Source of the DNA: a virus
Lineage: Duplodnaviria > Heunggongvirae > Uroviricota > Caudoviricetes
Strand: one strand, 5' to 3'
DNA: 64,000 nt
IMG/VR virus record: IMGVR_UViG_3300010882_000011
Span: 1-64,000 of that record
The notes under the pieces are model-generated. The model saw only the letters and a list, made by a program, of their open reading frames with translations, was not told the DNA's origin and ran no database searches. Below, one piece after another: positions 63,665 to 64,000 of the stretch (position 1 is the first letter of the stretch; each line of letters starts with the position of its first letter). Made by a program: the position numbers and the translations under genes.

Positions 63665-64000
63665 ATGGCAGCTACTACAGCATGGGATGGGCAAAACGCT
63701 CTATTAGAAGATCCAATTGATAATGATTATCAAATAGACAACAGGCCACAAATCACGGATATAACTGGAATCTTAGATGAGCCAGTTGATGATACTCCGC
63801 ATGAGCCTCAAGATGAGGATGTAATGCACTTGTTCTTGAAGGAGCGTGGTATTAAAGATCCGTCCAAAATAACGTTTGAAAACGATGAAGGTGAAACCGA
63901 AGATGTTGACTTTAACTCACTTTCACGTGAAGAACAGTTGACAATTTTACAAGAAATAACTAGTCCAGGTCTTACTGATCATGAGACAGATGTTATTAAT
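63665..64000 (+). CDS. acidic hypothetical protein (partial, continues past window end)
   Basis: MAATTAWDGQNALLEDPIDNDYQIDNRPQITDITGILDEPVDD... in an open frame to the window end. Confidence 0.45.
   Translation, partial: MAATTAWDGQNALLEDPIDNDYQIDNRPQITDITGILDEPVDDTPHEPQDEDVMHLFLKERGIKDPSKITFENDEGETEDVDFNSLSREEQLTILQEITSPGLTDHETDVIN

Noticed and set aside
28450-64000. Interpretation of the interrupted plus-strand ORFs as a graveyard of pseudogenes or sequencing errors
   Set aside because: Interruptions are almost exclusively TGA, never frameshifts. Frames are preserved over kilobases. Interrupting codons fall at conserved Trp positions. TAA/TAG still terminate genes cleanly.
28450-64000. TGA = Gly (code 25, as in Gracilibacteria/Absconditabacteria phages) instead of Trp
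   Set aside because: TGA positions coincide with conserved Trp in M15 peptidase motifs (EPWH; GADW...PHxEL). They also sit in aromatic/Trp-rich contexts (CYWYIEWKF, NWW/NWF).

Gly cannot be fully excluded without alignments.
1-64000. CRISPR arrays, rRNA genes, integrase/transposase genes
   Set aside because: No spacer-repeat architecture, no rRNA-like conserved segments, and no recombinase-like ORFs were recognisable by eye in either translation regime.

Overview
AT-rich (~35% GC) segment of a large tailed dsDNA phage genome (no rRNA, no CRISPR, no integrase seen). Gene organisation, lipoprotein signals and TAnnTTTG promoter-like motifs suggest a Bacteroidetes-type, possibly crAss-like, phage; this is inference only.

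The window splits into two translational regimes. (1) A ~25 kb minus-strand block (0.2-25.1 kb, plus a small minus block at 26.2-28.1 kb) is densely packed with uninterrupted ORFs under the standard code, with TAA/TAG and occasional TGA stops. It carries auxiliary/early-type genes: a glucosaminidase, PurA-like, vWA, CoaD, a CoaE-like kinase, a PRTase-like protein, an SPFH/flotillin+NfeD pair, a lambda-type phosphatase, a GNAT, many small membrane/lipoproteins and 3-4 tRNAs. (2) The remaining ~36 kb (25.4-26.0 kb +, 28.45-32.76 kb +, 32.8-35.3 kb -, 35.47-64.0 kb +) only yields sensible genes if TGA is read as a sense codon, almost certainly Trp. Consecutive same-frame ORFs in the supplied track are separated by single TGA codons. 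TGA-encoded residues fall on conserved Trp positions of M15 peptidase motifs and in Trp-rich contexts, and genes end in TAA or TAG. About 90 in-frame TGAs occur across roughly 35 genes.

The recoded part encodes a 1078-aa dual-domain peptidoglycan hydrolase (M15 peptidase + glucosaminidase), a T5-Lys-like M15 endolysin with a holin-like protein and a LamG-like protein, a PD-(D/E)XK exonuclease, a GroES-like co-chaperonin, terminase and portal candidates, and a ~19 kb array of huge modular tail-fibre/receptor-binding genes (collagen-like, HxH-repeat, 10x Ig-like repeat, 1720-aa fibre).

No tRNA with a UCA anticodon was found in the window. Other features are an iteron-rich putative origin, conserved upstream elements, terminators, and structured non-coding regions. 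Coordinates derived by hand (joined genes, RNAs, motifs) may be off by a few nt.
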